Source: Pseudomonadota bacterium
Lineage (GTDB): Bacteria > Pseudomonadota > Alphaproteobacteria > Rhodobacterales > Rhodobacteraceae
DNA: 64,000 nt
Direction: 5' to 3'
Assembly (NCBI GenBank): GCA_039192165.1
Contig: JBCCXD010000005.1
Location: forward strand, 110,727-174,726
The notes below the pieces were generated by a model, which was not told the origin of the DNA, ran no database searches, and saw only the letters and a list, made by a program, of their open reading frames with translations. This document shows positions 46,987-56,246 of this stretch, in pieces. Made by a program: the position numbers and the translations under genes. Every line of letters starts with the position of its first letter. The stretch's first letter is position 1.

Positions 46987-48546
46987 TCAGAAATCGGTGG
47001 GCGCTCCGCCTTCCGCCTTTCGCCGCACAACAAAGGCTTTCAGCGCTTCGCGATGGGCCGGGTCGATCGGTGGTGGTTCGAAATTGGCCAGAATCTCCTT
47101 GTATATACGATGCGCACGCTCGGCCGCCCACAACCCACCGTCCTCGGCCCAGGCTTCGAAGTTTCGCCAGTCTGACAGGAATGGCTGGTAGAACGCGGTT
47201 TCGTAGCGATCTTGTGTGTGTTGTATCCCGAAGAAGTGACCCGTCGTGCCAACGTCAGCCACGGCCTCCACCGCGATATCATCCGGCTCCGTCGACACAA
47301 TCGAAGGGTCAAAATAGCGCTGGATCTGCTGCAGAAGTTCGCAATCCATAACAAGCTTCTCGGGACTGGCAATCAAACCGCCCTCAAGCCAACCTGCCGC
47401 GTGATACACCATATTCACGCCCGATTGGACGGCGGACCATAAGCTGTTCGAAGTCTCCATCATCGCCTGAGCATCAGGGACGTTTGCCGCGCAGACCCCA
47501 GACGCGCGGAGCGGAAGTCCATAAAATCGCGCCATTTGCCCGGTCATCTGTGTCGCGCGCATGTATTCTGGCGTCCCAAAAGCGGGCGCCCCGGATTTCA
47601 TATCGACATTCGAGGTGAAAGTCCCGATTGCCACGGGCGCACCAGGCCGAATGACCTGGGCCAGCGCAATCGCGCAAAGCGCCTCCGCGAGGGACTGAGT
47701 CACCGCACCAGCCATTGTAACCGGGGCCATCGCACCTGCGAGCGTAAACGGTGTGACGACCAGAGCCTGCCCGCGCCGCACAATGCGCATCGCACCATCC
47801 AGCATGGGATAGTCGTGCTTGAGCGGCGAGGTCGAGTTAATGTTTGTGTACATGCGCGGTGTCGCTTCGAACTCCGCATCGCTGAGCCCGGCCGCAAGGC
47901 GCACCATCTCCATAACATCCTCGACCCGTTCTTTTCCGAGGCAATAGGCATGGGCCACTTTGTCGGTGAGGGTGAGTTTCTCGTAAAGCACATCAAGGTG
48001 CCGGACGGAGGCATGAATGTCGACAGGCTCAACAGGGTACCCGCCCACCACATGCAAACAGTTAAAATATTGTATTAACTTAAAAAGATCACGACATCGA
48101 TCTAGCGTGCCAGGGACTTTACCTGTCGTTAAATCCCAGTAGTTCGGAGGCGACGAAACGTTCACAAAGACCATGCTGCGCCCACCTACGGTGATCTGAC
48201 GAGCGGGATTCCGGGGCGTTATCTTGAAGCTTGAGGGGGCTTTCGCGACCATTTCCATGACAAAAGCGCGGTCCATGCGCACAGTCTCACCGGACACATG
48301 GCATCCCGCTTTTTTGAGTATGGCGCAGGCCTCGGGATTCAGAAACTCAACACCGATCTCTTCTAAGATACGCATGGCGCCGTTATGGATTGCAGCTACC
48401 CCTTCGGCAGACAAAGGCTCAGTCGGTGCGTCGCTGTTGATCGGGGGGGAAAATGGGAGCTGCGATATAGGGCCAGAGACGGACCGCCTAGTGTTGCCGC
48501 GCCGTCCGCCTTGCCTGCGCTTCTGTCGGCTCTGATCCCCTGGCAT
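46987..48546 (-). CDS. Trimethylamine methyltransferase (MttB) superfamily protein, non-pyrrolysine
   Basis: NINSTSPLKHD, TPFTLAGAMAP, FTSNVDMKSGAPAFGTPE, HAAGWLEGGL; no in-frame TAG. Confidence 0.92.
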   Translation of the reverse strand: MPGDQSRQKRRQGGRRGNTRRSVSGPISQLPFSPPINSDAPTEPLSAEGVAAIHNGAMRILEEIGVEFLNPEACAILKKAGCHVSGETVRMDRAFVMEMVAKAPSSFKITPRNPARQITVGGRSMVFVNVSSPPNYWDLTTGKVPGTLDRCRDLFKLIQYFNCLHVVGGYPVEPVDIHASVRHLDVLYEKLTLTDKVAHAYCLGKERVEDVMEMVRLAAGLSDAEFEATPRMYTNINSTSPLKHDYPMLDGAMRIVRRGQALVVTPFTLAGAMAPVTMAGAVTQSLAEALCAIALAQVIRPGAPVAIGTFTSNVDMKSGAPAFGTPEYMRATQMTGQMARFYGLPLRASGVCAANVPDAQAMMETSNSLWSAVQSGVNMVYHAAGWLEGGLIASPEKLVMDCELLQQIQRYFDPSIVSTEPDDIAVEAVADVGTTGHFFGIQHTQDRYETAFYQPFLSDWRNFEAWAEDGGLWAAERAHRIYKEILANFEPPPIDPAHREALKAFVVRRKAEGGAPTDF

Positions 48547-48746
48547 AGGCGCCTCCCTTCCCAGATCATCAAACCCCAATCGTTGCCTAGTATGCGGTCA
48601 GGAAACCGACCCTTCCTGTCGTTTTGAGAATTTATGCACATGCGCGGGCGTCAGCCGAAAAACATATGTTTAGGCGGTTGCTATCGCCTAGCAGAGTGGC
48701 AACCGTGCACACTCAAATGTGCTAGTGATGGCTTAGCCCAAGCAAA

Positions 48747-49136
48747 ATGAGGAATTCGCAGATGATCCGTCAGAGAAGCACAGCTTTGCTCTTTCTTTCT
48801 CTCAGTATAACCGCCTGTGCGAATTCAGGCGCAAATTATGTGCCGGTAATTGACGGTCCTGTGGGTCCAAACTTCCAAAGTGATCTGGGGCAATGCCAGG
48901 CACTGGCAGCGTCTCAAGGTCAAGTCGGCGGCAGCACCGCCGCTGCGGCTGCAACCGGCGCGGGCCTTGCTGGGGCAACCTCGGTTATCCTAAATGACAA
49001 CAGCGATGATCTGGGACGCGCCGCAGCGGTCGGGGCCTTGGCCGGGGTGACCTCGGACGCCATTCAACGCAACGCAAACAAAGAGGTCATCGTGCGAAAC
49101 TGCATGCGAGGCCGTGGCTATAATGTCGTAGGATAG
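48747..49136 (+). CDS. Glycine-zipper lipoprotein
   Basis: Lipobox ITAC; GAGLAG / AAVGALAG zipper; NCMRGRGY. Confidence 0.8.
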   Translation: MRNSQMIRQRSTALLFLSLSITACANSGANYVPVIDGPVGPNFQSDLGQCQALAASQGQVGGSTAAAAATGAGLAGATSVILNDNSDDLGRAAAVGALAGVTSDAIQRNANKEVIVRNCMRGRGYNVVG

Positions 49137-49152
49137 CGCCAGAGCGCTTTGC

Positions 49153-49875
49153 TCAGGCGCGCGCCTGCTGAGCATGCGCTCGGAGCGGCGAGAGAGTTTC
49201 GCTGGAACTGAGGTGGCCAATATCTGGCAGTATTTCATCGGCCAGGGCTGTGAGATCTTCCGCTCGCGCAACGCCCGTCAAAACACCGATTGTGATCATC
49301 CCGGCCTCACGGCCGGCTTGCAAATCATGGGTGCTATCCCCCACCATTGCGACGTTTGACGGGTCCAGTCCCTCCAGATCGCAGAAAGCCAGCAACATGC
49401 CAGGATCAGGTTTCGCGCCATAGCCGCTGTCATAACCAAGAACCTGGTGGAAATATTCAAAGGCCCCCGTGGCACTCAAATGGGCACGGGCGGCGTCTTC
49501 TGAATCATTCGTGGCAACACCCAGACGCAATCCGTACGCACGCAGCTCGGTCAGAAACGGTCCGAGTGGAACCGCCTCAGCCATCGTCGCGTCTCGGGAC
49601 AGCTTGTTCAGTTCGAACAGAACCTCCTCCTCCGTTCGATGCGGCATCTCCGCTTTGAGAAGAATTGCCACTTCGGCGTTGGTGCCCGCGATTGCCGGGC
49701 TTCCGGGATGAAACCGCGACAGGATCCGATCAAAGCCGACAATATCGGCAAGACGCTGACACAGCAGATCATCGCCACCAGCCAGCGTCGACAACGCAGT
49801 CTCGCCCCACGCACCCCAGGTTTGTTGGAAATCGAAAAGCGTTCCGTCTTTGTCGAAGATCACACCTGCCAGCAT
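49153..49875 (-). CDS. HAD family hydrolase (phosphoglycolate phosphatase-like)
   Basis: IFDKDGTL, VATND, KPDPG, MVGDSTHDL. Confidence 0.9.
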   Translation of the reverse strand: MLAGVIFDKDGTLFDFQQTWGAWGETALSTLAGGDDLLCQRLADIVGFDRILSRFHPGSPAIAGTNAEVAILLKAEMPHRTEEEVLFELNKLSRDATMAEAVPLGPFLTELRAYGLRLGVATNDSEDAARAHLSATGAFEYFHQVLGYDSGYGAKPDPGMLLAFCDLEGLDPSNVAMVGDSTHDLQAGREAGMITIGVLTGVARAEDLTALADEILPDIGHLSSSETLSPLRAHAQQARA

Positions 49876-50025
49876 GCCCCTAACCGCCCAGGCGGCCTCC
49901 CATTTGCGCAGAGCGCTGTCCTGGAACGTGCGTTCCACTCCTCTTCCGCCTGGACGTTGTGCCACAAAACCCGCCTGAGTTCTCTGCGCAATATTCTTTC
50001 GCGGCGGAATGACGCAAGGGAAGCT

Positions 50026-50304
50026 CTATGTCCAGTCGACCCGCGCGCCCCCCGGCAGAGCAGATTTGGCGTGCATCGGGATCTCATAAGCCAGTCCAGC
50101 GGCATCACAGAAGGAAATAATCCAAGCGTCGTCCATCGTCAGGAAATCAAGCACGGAAAGCAGAAACTCTGGCTCTGAAACCAGAGACTTGAGATCAGAA
50201 ACAGAAGCGCCGGTTGACCCAAGAAACACCTGGAGGAGCTTTTCATCCTCTGCGATCCATGAAAGTGCCTTCAAAGCAACCTCTTCGGCAAATTCCTGGT
50301 GCAT
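50026..50304 (-). CDS. DUF3572 family protein
   Basis: ALKALSWIA...FLGSTGAS...FLLSVLDFLTMDD...LPGG. Confidence 0.85.
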   Translation of the reverse strand: MHQEFAEEVALKALSWIAEDEKLLQVFLGSTGASVSDLKSLVSEPEFLLSVLDFLTMDDAWIISFCDAAGLAYEIPMHAKSALPGGARVDWT

Positions 50305-50326
50305 TCTCCGTCTTCTCCGTTAATTC

Positions 50327-50342
50327 CTAACACTTTGTTAAC
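50327..50342. promoter_or_regulatory. CtrA-like box in the divergent DUF3572 / pleD spacer
   Basis: CTAA-cactttg-TTAAC, one mismatch from TTAA-N7-TTAAC. Confidence 0.45.
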
Positions 50343-50387
50343 CACTCAATCGCTAAACACTTCTACCAAGCCGAAGAGGGAGCGGTG

Positions 50388-51779
50388 ATGTCTGGCACAA
50401 TACTTGTCATCGACGATGTTGCAACGAACCGCATCGTGATGAAAGTCAAGTTGGCCTCGGCTTGCTACAACGTGCTGCTTGCAGAAAATGGGCTTGAAGG
50501 ACTGGAAATCGCGCGCGAGCAGCAGCCCGACCTGATCTTGCTCGATGTCGTCATGCCCGACATGGACGGCTTCACGGTGTGCAAGCGCCTTAAAGGCGAT
50601 CCAGCGACATCTGGCATCCCCGTTATCATGATCACATCGCTTGAAGATACGGACACCCGCTTGCGCGGGCTGGCCTGCGGCGCCGAAGAGTTCCTGTCTA
50701 AACCCCTGTCGGAGGTGACATTACTCGCACGGGTACGCAGCCTTCTGCGCTCGCGATCCAGAGCCGAAGAATTGCTGGAGCAGACTCGCACACCGGAGCT
50801 GGGCGGATTTGCCGAAGACGGCGCTGCGTTTAGCGCCCCCCGTGAGGATTGCATCAGTTTGGTTCTGGCACCCGGAGGTGTTGGAGAAAGCTGGGCCAGT
50901 GGCCTCCGCACTCGCATTCGCGAAGACGTCCGTATTCTGTCCCGAACAGAAGCCCTGGAGGCGAGCAAAGATCAGGCGCAGGTTTTTGTTATCGAAGCTG
51001 ACTCCCGACGGTCGGATGCAGGCATCGAAATTCTATCGGAATTGCGGTCGCGCCCGGCGACCCAGCATTCCGGCCAAGTCTTCGTCGTTCGCGCGGGCCA
51101 GGCAGAACTGGCAGCGCGTGCGCTCGATATGGGTGCGGATGATGTTGTCTATACGCCGGTGAGCATTGACGAGATGGCTCTGCGCCTCCGAGCGCAGCTG
51201 CAACGCAAGCGGGCGCAGGATCAACTGCGGGACGAGATGTCGGAACGATTGCGCCTCGCGGTTATTGATCCTCTGACCGGCTTGTACAACCGGCGCTTTG
51301 GCATGAGCCAGCTCGGCAATCTCGCAGGCGAGGCGATCCGGGAAGCGCGCGATTTTGCGGTGCTGCTTGTCGATTTCGACCACTTCAAAATGATCAACGA
51401 TCAGCACGGCCATGCGGCCGGAGACCAGGTTTTGCGAGAAACCGCAGGCCGATTGCGACGGCACCTGCGCTCGCTCGACATCGTGGCTCGGATCGGCGGA
51501 GAGGAGTTCATGATCGTTCTCCCGGACACAGATATGACAACCGCCTCACAGGTCGCCGAGCGGTTGCGTCGTAGGATCGAGGACGCAGCAATTTTCCTGC
51601 CAAACAAAGACAAAACCGAGGTCAGGGTCACGATCAGTATCGGGCTCGCGGGCGGTGGACGCGCAACTCCGGATGCAAGCGTTCCGCAAATCCTCGAACA
51701 GGCTGACCGCGCACTTTATGTTGCGAAGGCGGAAGGACGCAACCAGATCGTCGTCGGCAATGGCCGGTCGGCAGCCTAA
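50388..51779 (+). CDS. pleD: PleD-like response regulator diguanylate cyclase (REC, pseudo-REC, GGDEF)
   Basis: PDLILLDVVMPDMDG phosphoacceptor; DPLTGLYNRR; RSLD I-site; GGEEF. Confidence 0.88.
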   Translation: MSGTILVIDDVATNRIVMKVKLASACYNVLLAENGLEGLEIAREQQPDLILLDVVMPDMDGFTVCKRLKGDPATSGIPVIMITSLEDTDTRLRGLACGAEEFLSKPLSEVTLLARVRSLLRSRSRAEELLEQTRTPELGGFAEDGAAFSAPREDCISLVLAPGGVGESWASGLRTRIREDVRILSRTEALEASKDQAQVFVIEADSRRSDAGIEILSELRSRPATQHSGQVFVVRAGQAELAARALDMGADDVVYTPVSIDEMALRLRAQLQRKRAQDQLRDEMSERLRLAVIDPLTGLYNRRFGMSQLGNLAGEAIREARDFAVLLVDFDHFKMINDQHGHAAGDQVLRETAGRLRRHLRSLDIVARIGGEEFMIVLPDTDMTTASQVAERLRRRIEDAAIFLPNKDKTEVRVTISIGLAGGGRATPDASVPQILEQADRALYVAKAEGRNQIVVGNGRSAA

Positions 51780-51782
51780 GGC

Positions 51783-52289
51783 TCAGCGCGACGGGCCATG
51801 CCCTGCGTCCGGTTTGCGGCGATCGCGCGCAGTCCGCTGCAATGAGGCCTCCAGCCGGGCGGCGTAGGCTTGACGCTGGGCAACGCTCATATCGGACAAC
51901 AAAACTGTTAAAGCGACCCGAGCAGTGTCAGCGCGCCCGGCAGCGGCGCGGCTTTGATCGGACAGCAGAGCGTCGAACTTGGCCGCATCAAATTCCTCAG
52001 CACTCAATAGACTAAGAAGTTCGCGGCTGCGCCTGAGGCTTTTCACAGGACGCTCCGGGCGTGAGTCACGGCTTTGCCGCACAATCCTGACAAAAGCGCC
52101 CCGCTCCTCCTCCGACAACGCGCGCAGCATTGGGAAGGGACCATCGAAGCCAGCGCGCGGCATTGGTCTCCCTCCAACAAAAAGCGCGCCCACAATGACC
52201 CCAACGATGAGAACATTCATCGCCACCGAAACATAAAACAGTGCGGTTCGCCCTCGGCTCCAACTTTTCTTCTGGGCTGCTTCGGTCAT
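51783..52289 (-). CDS. Periplasmic heavy-metal-sensor / Spy-CpxP-like protein
   Basis: VSVAMNVLIVGVIVG anchor, helical body, SVAQRQAYA. Confidence 0.75.
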   Translation of the reverse strand: MTEAAQKKSWSRGRTALFYVSVAMNVLIVGVIVGALFVGGRPMPRAGFDGPFPMLRALSEEERGAFVRIVRQSRDSRPERPVKSLRRSRELLSLLSAEEFDAAKFDALLSDQSRAAAGRADTARVALTVLLSDMSVAQRQAYAARLEASLQRTARDRRKPDAGHGPSR

Positions 52290-52292
52290 CTC

Positions 52293-52661
52293 TCAGCCCT
52301 CCTCTCCGGTCAGGAGAGTCTCGATTCCAGTCGGAAACAAACCTTCTGAGGCAACGGCACCACCGGACAGATAGTAGTCTCCGAATGCGCCGATCTGACC
52401 CGAAAACCCGCTTCCAAGGCTGACACCCACAACGAGGCAGGCCGTCAGTCCCGCAAACCTTCCCCAGCCGGACCATCCAAAATTCAGCCCTCTGGCAGCG
52501 GCGGTCCGGGCCTTTGGGGGCGCTCGAAAACTTCTCTGGACGCGAAGAGCATCCGCTTCGACACGCGCAAGAAAATCATCCGATGGCTGAATACGCATAT
52601 CGCGCTCAGTGGCAAGAAAGTTTTCGAGCACTTGCTCTTCGGTCTTAGGTTTCTCTGTCAT
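52293..52661 (-). CDS. Putative single-pass anti-sigma factor
   Basis: PSDDFLARVEADA, then TM LTACLVVGVSLG; start overlaps the ECF sigma 3' end. Confidence 0.6.
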   Translation of the reverse strand: MTEKPKTEEQVLENFLATERDMRIQPSDDFLARVEADALRVQRSFRAPPKARTAAARGLNFGWSGWGRFAGLTACLVVGVSLGSGFSGQIGAFGDYYLSGGAVASEGLFPTGIETLLTGEEG

Positions 52662-53253
52662 CTTCAAACCCCAGTTCCGGTGCGCGACTTGCAAGTTGCG
52701 CTCCGAGTCCGCGTTTTCCGCGCGCCAGCAGACTTTCGACTGCCTCGATTGATATGTCCATGATCTCCGCGATCTCGGCATTGCCACACCCTTCGAGATG
52801 GCGCAGGACAATCGCCTCCCGCTGGCGATCCGGCAGCTTTGCAAGAGCCTCGTCCAACGCGAGCGCACGATCCTTTCGAACCAGTACCATTTCTGCAGAG
52901 GGTCCCTGGTTCGGCAGTGTATCGAGCGCGTCGGAACCTGCCGCTATCCCGAGCGCGGGCATCCGGCGCAGTCGATCGATGCATAGGTTGCGAACCACGC
53001 GCAGCAGCCATGTAGCGGGTTGCGCCGGCCCGTCCTGTTGCCATTTCGGCGCCAGTTGCCAAAGCCGCAGCATGGCTTCCTGAGCGATATCTTCGGCTTC
53101 CGCCCTGTCGCCCAACATACGATGTGCCAGACCATATGCGCGCGGCGCGAGCCTTATGGTCAAAACTCGCGCAGCCTCGGGGTCGCCGTTGGCAAAACGC
53201 ACCAACCAGACCGTATCCGAGATAGTGGTGTCCTGAGGCGCGTGTTGCGTCAT
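52645..53253 (-). CDS. ECF RNA polymerase sigma factor
   Basis: AEAEDIAQEAMLRLW, TWLLRVVRNLCID, LPDRQREAIVLRHLEG, ESLLARGKR. Confidence 0.93.
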   Translation of the reverse strand: MTQHAPQDTTISDTVWLVRFANGDPEAARVLTIRLAPRAYGLAHRMLGDRAEAEDIAQEAMLRLWQLAPKWQQDGPAQPATWLLRVVRNLCIDRLRRMPALGIAAGSDALDTLPNQGPSAEMVLVRKDRALALDEALAKLPDRQREAIVLRHLEGCGNAEIAEIMDISIEAVESLLARGKRGLGAQLASRAPELGFEDDRET

Positions 53254-53336
53254 GGGTCAGGCGTAGCCCGAACGGGCCCAGCTGGCCAGCGTACACAGAG
53301 ACTTGGGTATACGCCGACCAAGTTTGGCTCTGAAGT

Positions 53337-53825
53337 CTATTGACGACCATCGCGATTCGGACGGCCACCAGGACGTTCGGCGCTCATGAATTCAGCGCGC
53401 GTTATGACGCCATCACCATCCGCATCGGCACGCTCAAAAATCCGCTCACTGCGCTTGCCCCCAGCCGAGGCCTCCTCAAGGCTAAGCTGGCCATCGCCAT
53501 CTTCATCAAGACGCTCCAGCATACGGGCGCTCATGCGTTCGGCCCGTTCCGAGATGCGTTTTTCGGTAGCGGCCTTCAGTTCGTCCGCTGAAAGAAAACC
53601 GTCGGCGTTTGTGTCGTTTTCCTCGAAACGGGAGGCTGCTTGCTCTTCCAGATCTTCTCGCGTGAATTGGCCGTCGCCGTTGCTATCGAGCCGATTGAAC
53701 ATCTCTTCGCGAATCTCGGTTCGATCAGCGTCCCGCGCGCCACCTGGCGCTGCGAGAGCAAGGCTACCGGCCCCCATCGCAACAAAAAGTCCGAGAAGCA
53801 AACCTGTGTTCCAACGTGCAGTCAT
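53337..53825 (-). CDS. Exported EF-hand calcium-binding protein
   Basis: Signal peptide; four loops DSNGDGQF, DTNADGFL, DEDGDGQL, DADGDGVI. Confidence 0.9.
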   Translation of the reverse strand: MTARWNTGLLLGLFVAMGAGSLALAAPGGARDADRTEIREEMFNRLDSNGDGQFTREDLEEQAASRFEENDTNADGFLSADELKAATEKRISERAERMSARMLERLDEDGDGQLSLEEASAGGKRSERIFERADADGDGVITRAEFMSAERPGGRPNRDGRQ

Positions 53826-54034
53826 GTTTTTTTCCTTTGTTTCGTATCGTCGCGATCGCCCTGTGCAACCGCTTCACCCCAACACACGCCACTGCGGGCG
53901 AAATCCGTCGAATTTTTTTTTAGAAAACGACAAGCAGGGCTTTGCGACATCCCGACGCAAGACAAGTTGTCAAACTGACCTCGGCGCCTTGCTCCCCTAA
54001 GTTGGTAGCGCGAACAGGGGTCGGGAGCCCTTCC

Positions 54035-54433
54035 ATGACGATTGAAAACCAGTCTGCGGAGCGCGAGCTTCGTCCGTCGCTCCGTCGGGGGTGGCGCCGC
54101 CGATGTCCGTCCTGCGGCTCCGGGCCCATGATGCGCGGCTACCTGAAGGTACGCGACGAATGTCCGGTATGCGGCCAACAGCTTTCGGGGCATCGCGCTG
54201 ATGATGGTCCCGCCTATCTGACAATACTGATTGTAGGCCATCTTATGGCCCCGCTCTTGCATTGGTATTTCGTAACCTTTCGGCCAGAGCCACTGAACAT
54301 GATCGCTGTATTCTCGGTTGGGTGCGTGGCACTTTCGCTCTACCTTCTTCCGAGGCTCAAGGGGGCCATGATCGGATACCAGTGGGCACGGCGCTTGCAC
54401 GGGTTCGATACCCACGAGGCGTCCGCCTCCTAG
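54035..54433 (+). CDS. DUF983 family protein
   Basis: RCPSCGSG...CPVCG...ADDGPAYLTI, two TM helices. Confidence 0.9.
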   Translation: MTIENQSAERELRPSLRRGWRRRCPSCGSGPMMRGYLKVRDECPVCGQQLSGHRADDGPAYLTILIVGHLMAPLLHWYFVTFRPEPLNMIAVFSVGCVALSLYLLPRLKGAMIGYQWARRLHGFDTHEASAS

Positions 54434-54456
54434 GTCCCACCGCTGGGAGGTTCCGC

Positions 54457-55134
54457 GTGGATAAAACTGCGATACGGCACGCTGCGACCGTAATTCTTGT
54501 GCGCGATGCAACTGGACCGAAACCGCGTGTGCTCATGGGGCAGAGAGGCGCAAGCGCCGCTTTTATGCCCTCGAAGTATGTTTTCCCGGGCGGTGCTTTG
54601 GACCCTGACGATGCATCCGCGCCCGGACTTCACACCTACCGGACCCCTTGCCGTCAAAAGCTCGACAGCGATGCACGCGGCGCATCAGCCGACGCCATCC
54701 TTGGGGCGGCAATTCGTGAACTCTGGGAAGAAACCGGATTGCGCCTCGGCCGCGAGAGTAGTCGGCTTTTTGACGGGCGCCTTTCTGAAAGCTGGCGCAG
54801 CTTTCTAGGCTCGGGCGCGGAACCGGATCCGTCGCAGCTGCGTTTCGTTTTTCGCGCGATTACCCCACCTGGCCGGCCGCGCCGCTTCGACGCTCGGTTT
54901 CTGCTCGCACCTACCGAAGCATTGTTGGACGATCCTGATGACTTCTCAAAAGCGTCAGACGAACTCAGCCATTTACACTGGGTACCGCTGGCCGAAGCGC
55001 GAGCGTTGAACCTGCCATTTATCACTGAAGTTGTTTTAGGTGAGGTCGCTGGCGCATTGCCGTCGCTCGAAGCGCCGCAAGGCGTACCATTCTTCCAGCA
55101 TGACGATACGTTGTCGCGTTTTTCCAGAATCTAG
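54457..55134 (+). CDS. NUDIX hydrolase
   Basis: AATVILVRD, FPGG, AAIRELWEETG, RRFDARF; GTG start after GGAGG. Confidence 0.88.
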   Translation: MDKTAIRHAATVILVRDATGPKPRVLMGQRGASAAFMPSKYVFPGGALDPDDASAPGLHTYRTPCRQKLDSDARGASADAILGAAIRELWEETGLRLGRESSRLFDGRLSESWRSFLGSGAEPDPSQLRFVFRAITPPGRPRRFDARFLLAPTEALLDDPDDFSKASDELSHLHWVPLAEARALNLPFITEVVLGEVAGALPSLEAPQGVPFFQHDDTLSRFSRI

Positions 55135-56177
55135 TAGGGCATTGGATGCGCGCGATGTGCGGCATCAATTTCAGCGAGCACCTCTTCACCAAGCGTCAGA
55201 TCAAGTCCCGCAAGAATTCGCTCCAGTTGCGCAAGACTCGTTGCCCCGAATATCACGGACCCCATGAACGGGCGCGACGCGGCAAAGGCCAAGGCCATAT
55301 GCACCAGATCCAAACCGTGGCGCTTTGCAACATCCGCGTAAGCCTCAACCGCTGGATAGACCCGGTCTGTTGATCGCCCCCCCAAATTGCCGTTGAGAGA
55401 CTTTCGAGATCCTGCGGGCTCCGCTCCGTTCTGGTACTTTTCGGTCAGAAGACCTGCCGCAAGCGGAGAAAACGAAAGGCATTGGACATCTTCGTTCAGG
55501 CTGGCCTCCGCAAGATCGGTGTCGAACAGTCGACAAAGCAAAGAATATTCATTCTGGATCGAGACCATACGCGGCAGTCCCCGCGTTTCGGCCACACGGA
55601 CCCATTGTGCGGTCCCCCAGGCGCTTTCATTCGACAAGCCGATATGGCGCAACTTGCCGGCGCGGATCAGGTCATCGCAGGTTTCGAGAACCTCTTCCAT
55701 ATGCGCAATGACGTCCGTTTTGTCCTGCTGACTTGGGTCGTAGGTCCAGTTCTGTCGAAAATGGTACGATCCGCGATTGGGCCAATGGAGCTGGTAAAGG
55801 TCAATGTAGTCTGTCTTGAGCCGCCTCAATGAGCCGTCCACCGCCGCCTCGATCGTCTGGCGAGAAATCGGAACACCTTCACGGACCACTTTGAGCCCCT
55901 CTCCGGACACTTTGGTCGCCAGAACGTAGTCCCCACGACGCGCTGTGTTCTTGGAGTTCCATGTCCCAATAATCTCTTCCGTACGACCGACAGTTTCGGA
56001 GCGTATGGGATTGACCGGATACATCTCGGCTGTGTCGATGAAATTCAGCCCGGCACCAAGCGCTGCATCGATCTGCGCATGCGCGTCGACCGGATCGGTC
56101 TGACTTCCAAAGGTCATGGTCCCAAGGCAAAATGGCGTGACGCGCAGTCCGCCGCGCCCAAGGGTGTTCATTTTCAT
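55131..56177 (-). CDS. Aldo/keto reductase (Tas-like)
   Basis: LGTMTFG, DTAEMYP, DLYQLHWP, GLSNES, QNEYSLL. Confidence 0.93.
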   Translation of the reverse strand: MKMNTLGRGGLRVTPFCLGTMTFGSQTDPVDAHAQIDAALGAGLNFIDTAEMYPVNPIRSETVGRTEEIIGTWNSKNTARRGDYVLATKVSGEGLKVVREGVPISRQTIEAAVDGSLRRLKTDYIDLYQLHWPNRGSYHFRQNWTYDPSQQDKTDVIAHMEEVLETCDDLIRAGKLRHIGLSNESAWGTAQWVRVAETRGLPRMVSIQNEYSLLCRLFDTDLAEASLNEDVQCLSFSPLAAGLLTEKYQNGAEPAGSRKSLNGNLGGRSTDRVYPAVEAYADVAKRHGLDLVHMALAFAASRPFMGSVIFGATSLAQLERILAGLDLTLGEEVLAEIDAAHRAHPMPY

Positions 56178-56246
56178 GTTTGTCTCCCTGCTTGGGCGCG
56201 ATCCTATGCTCTTGCTGGTCAAGAGCAAGCCTGCCAAAAGCCGAAA

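Noticed and set aside
46987-48546. Pyrrolysine read-through in mttB
   Set aside because: ORF is continuous with no in-frame TAG
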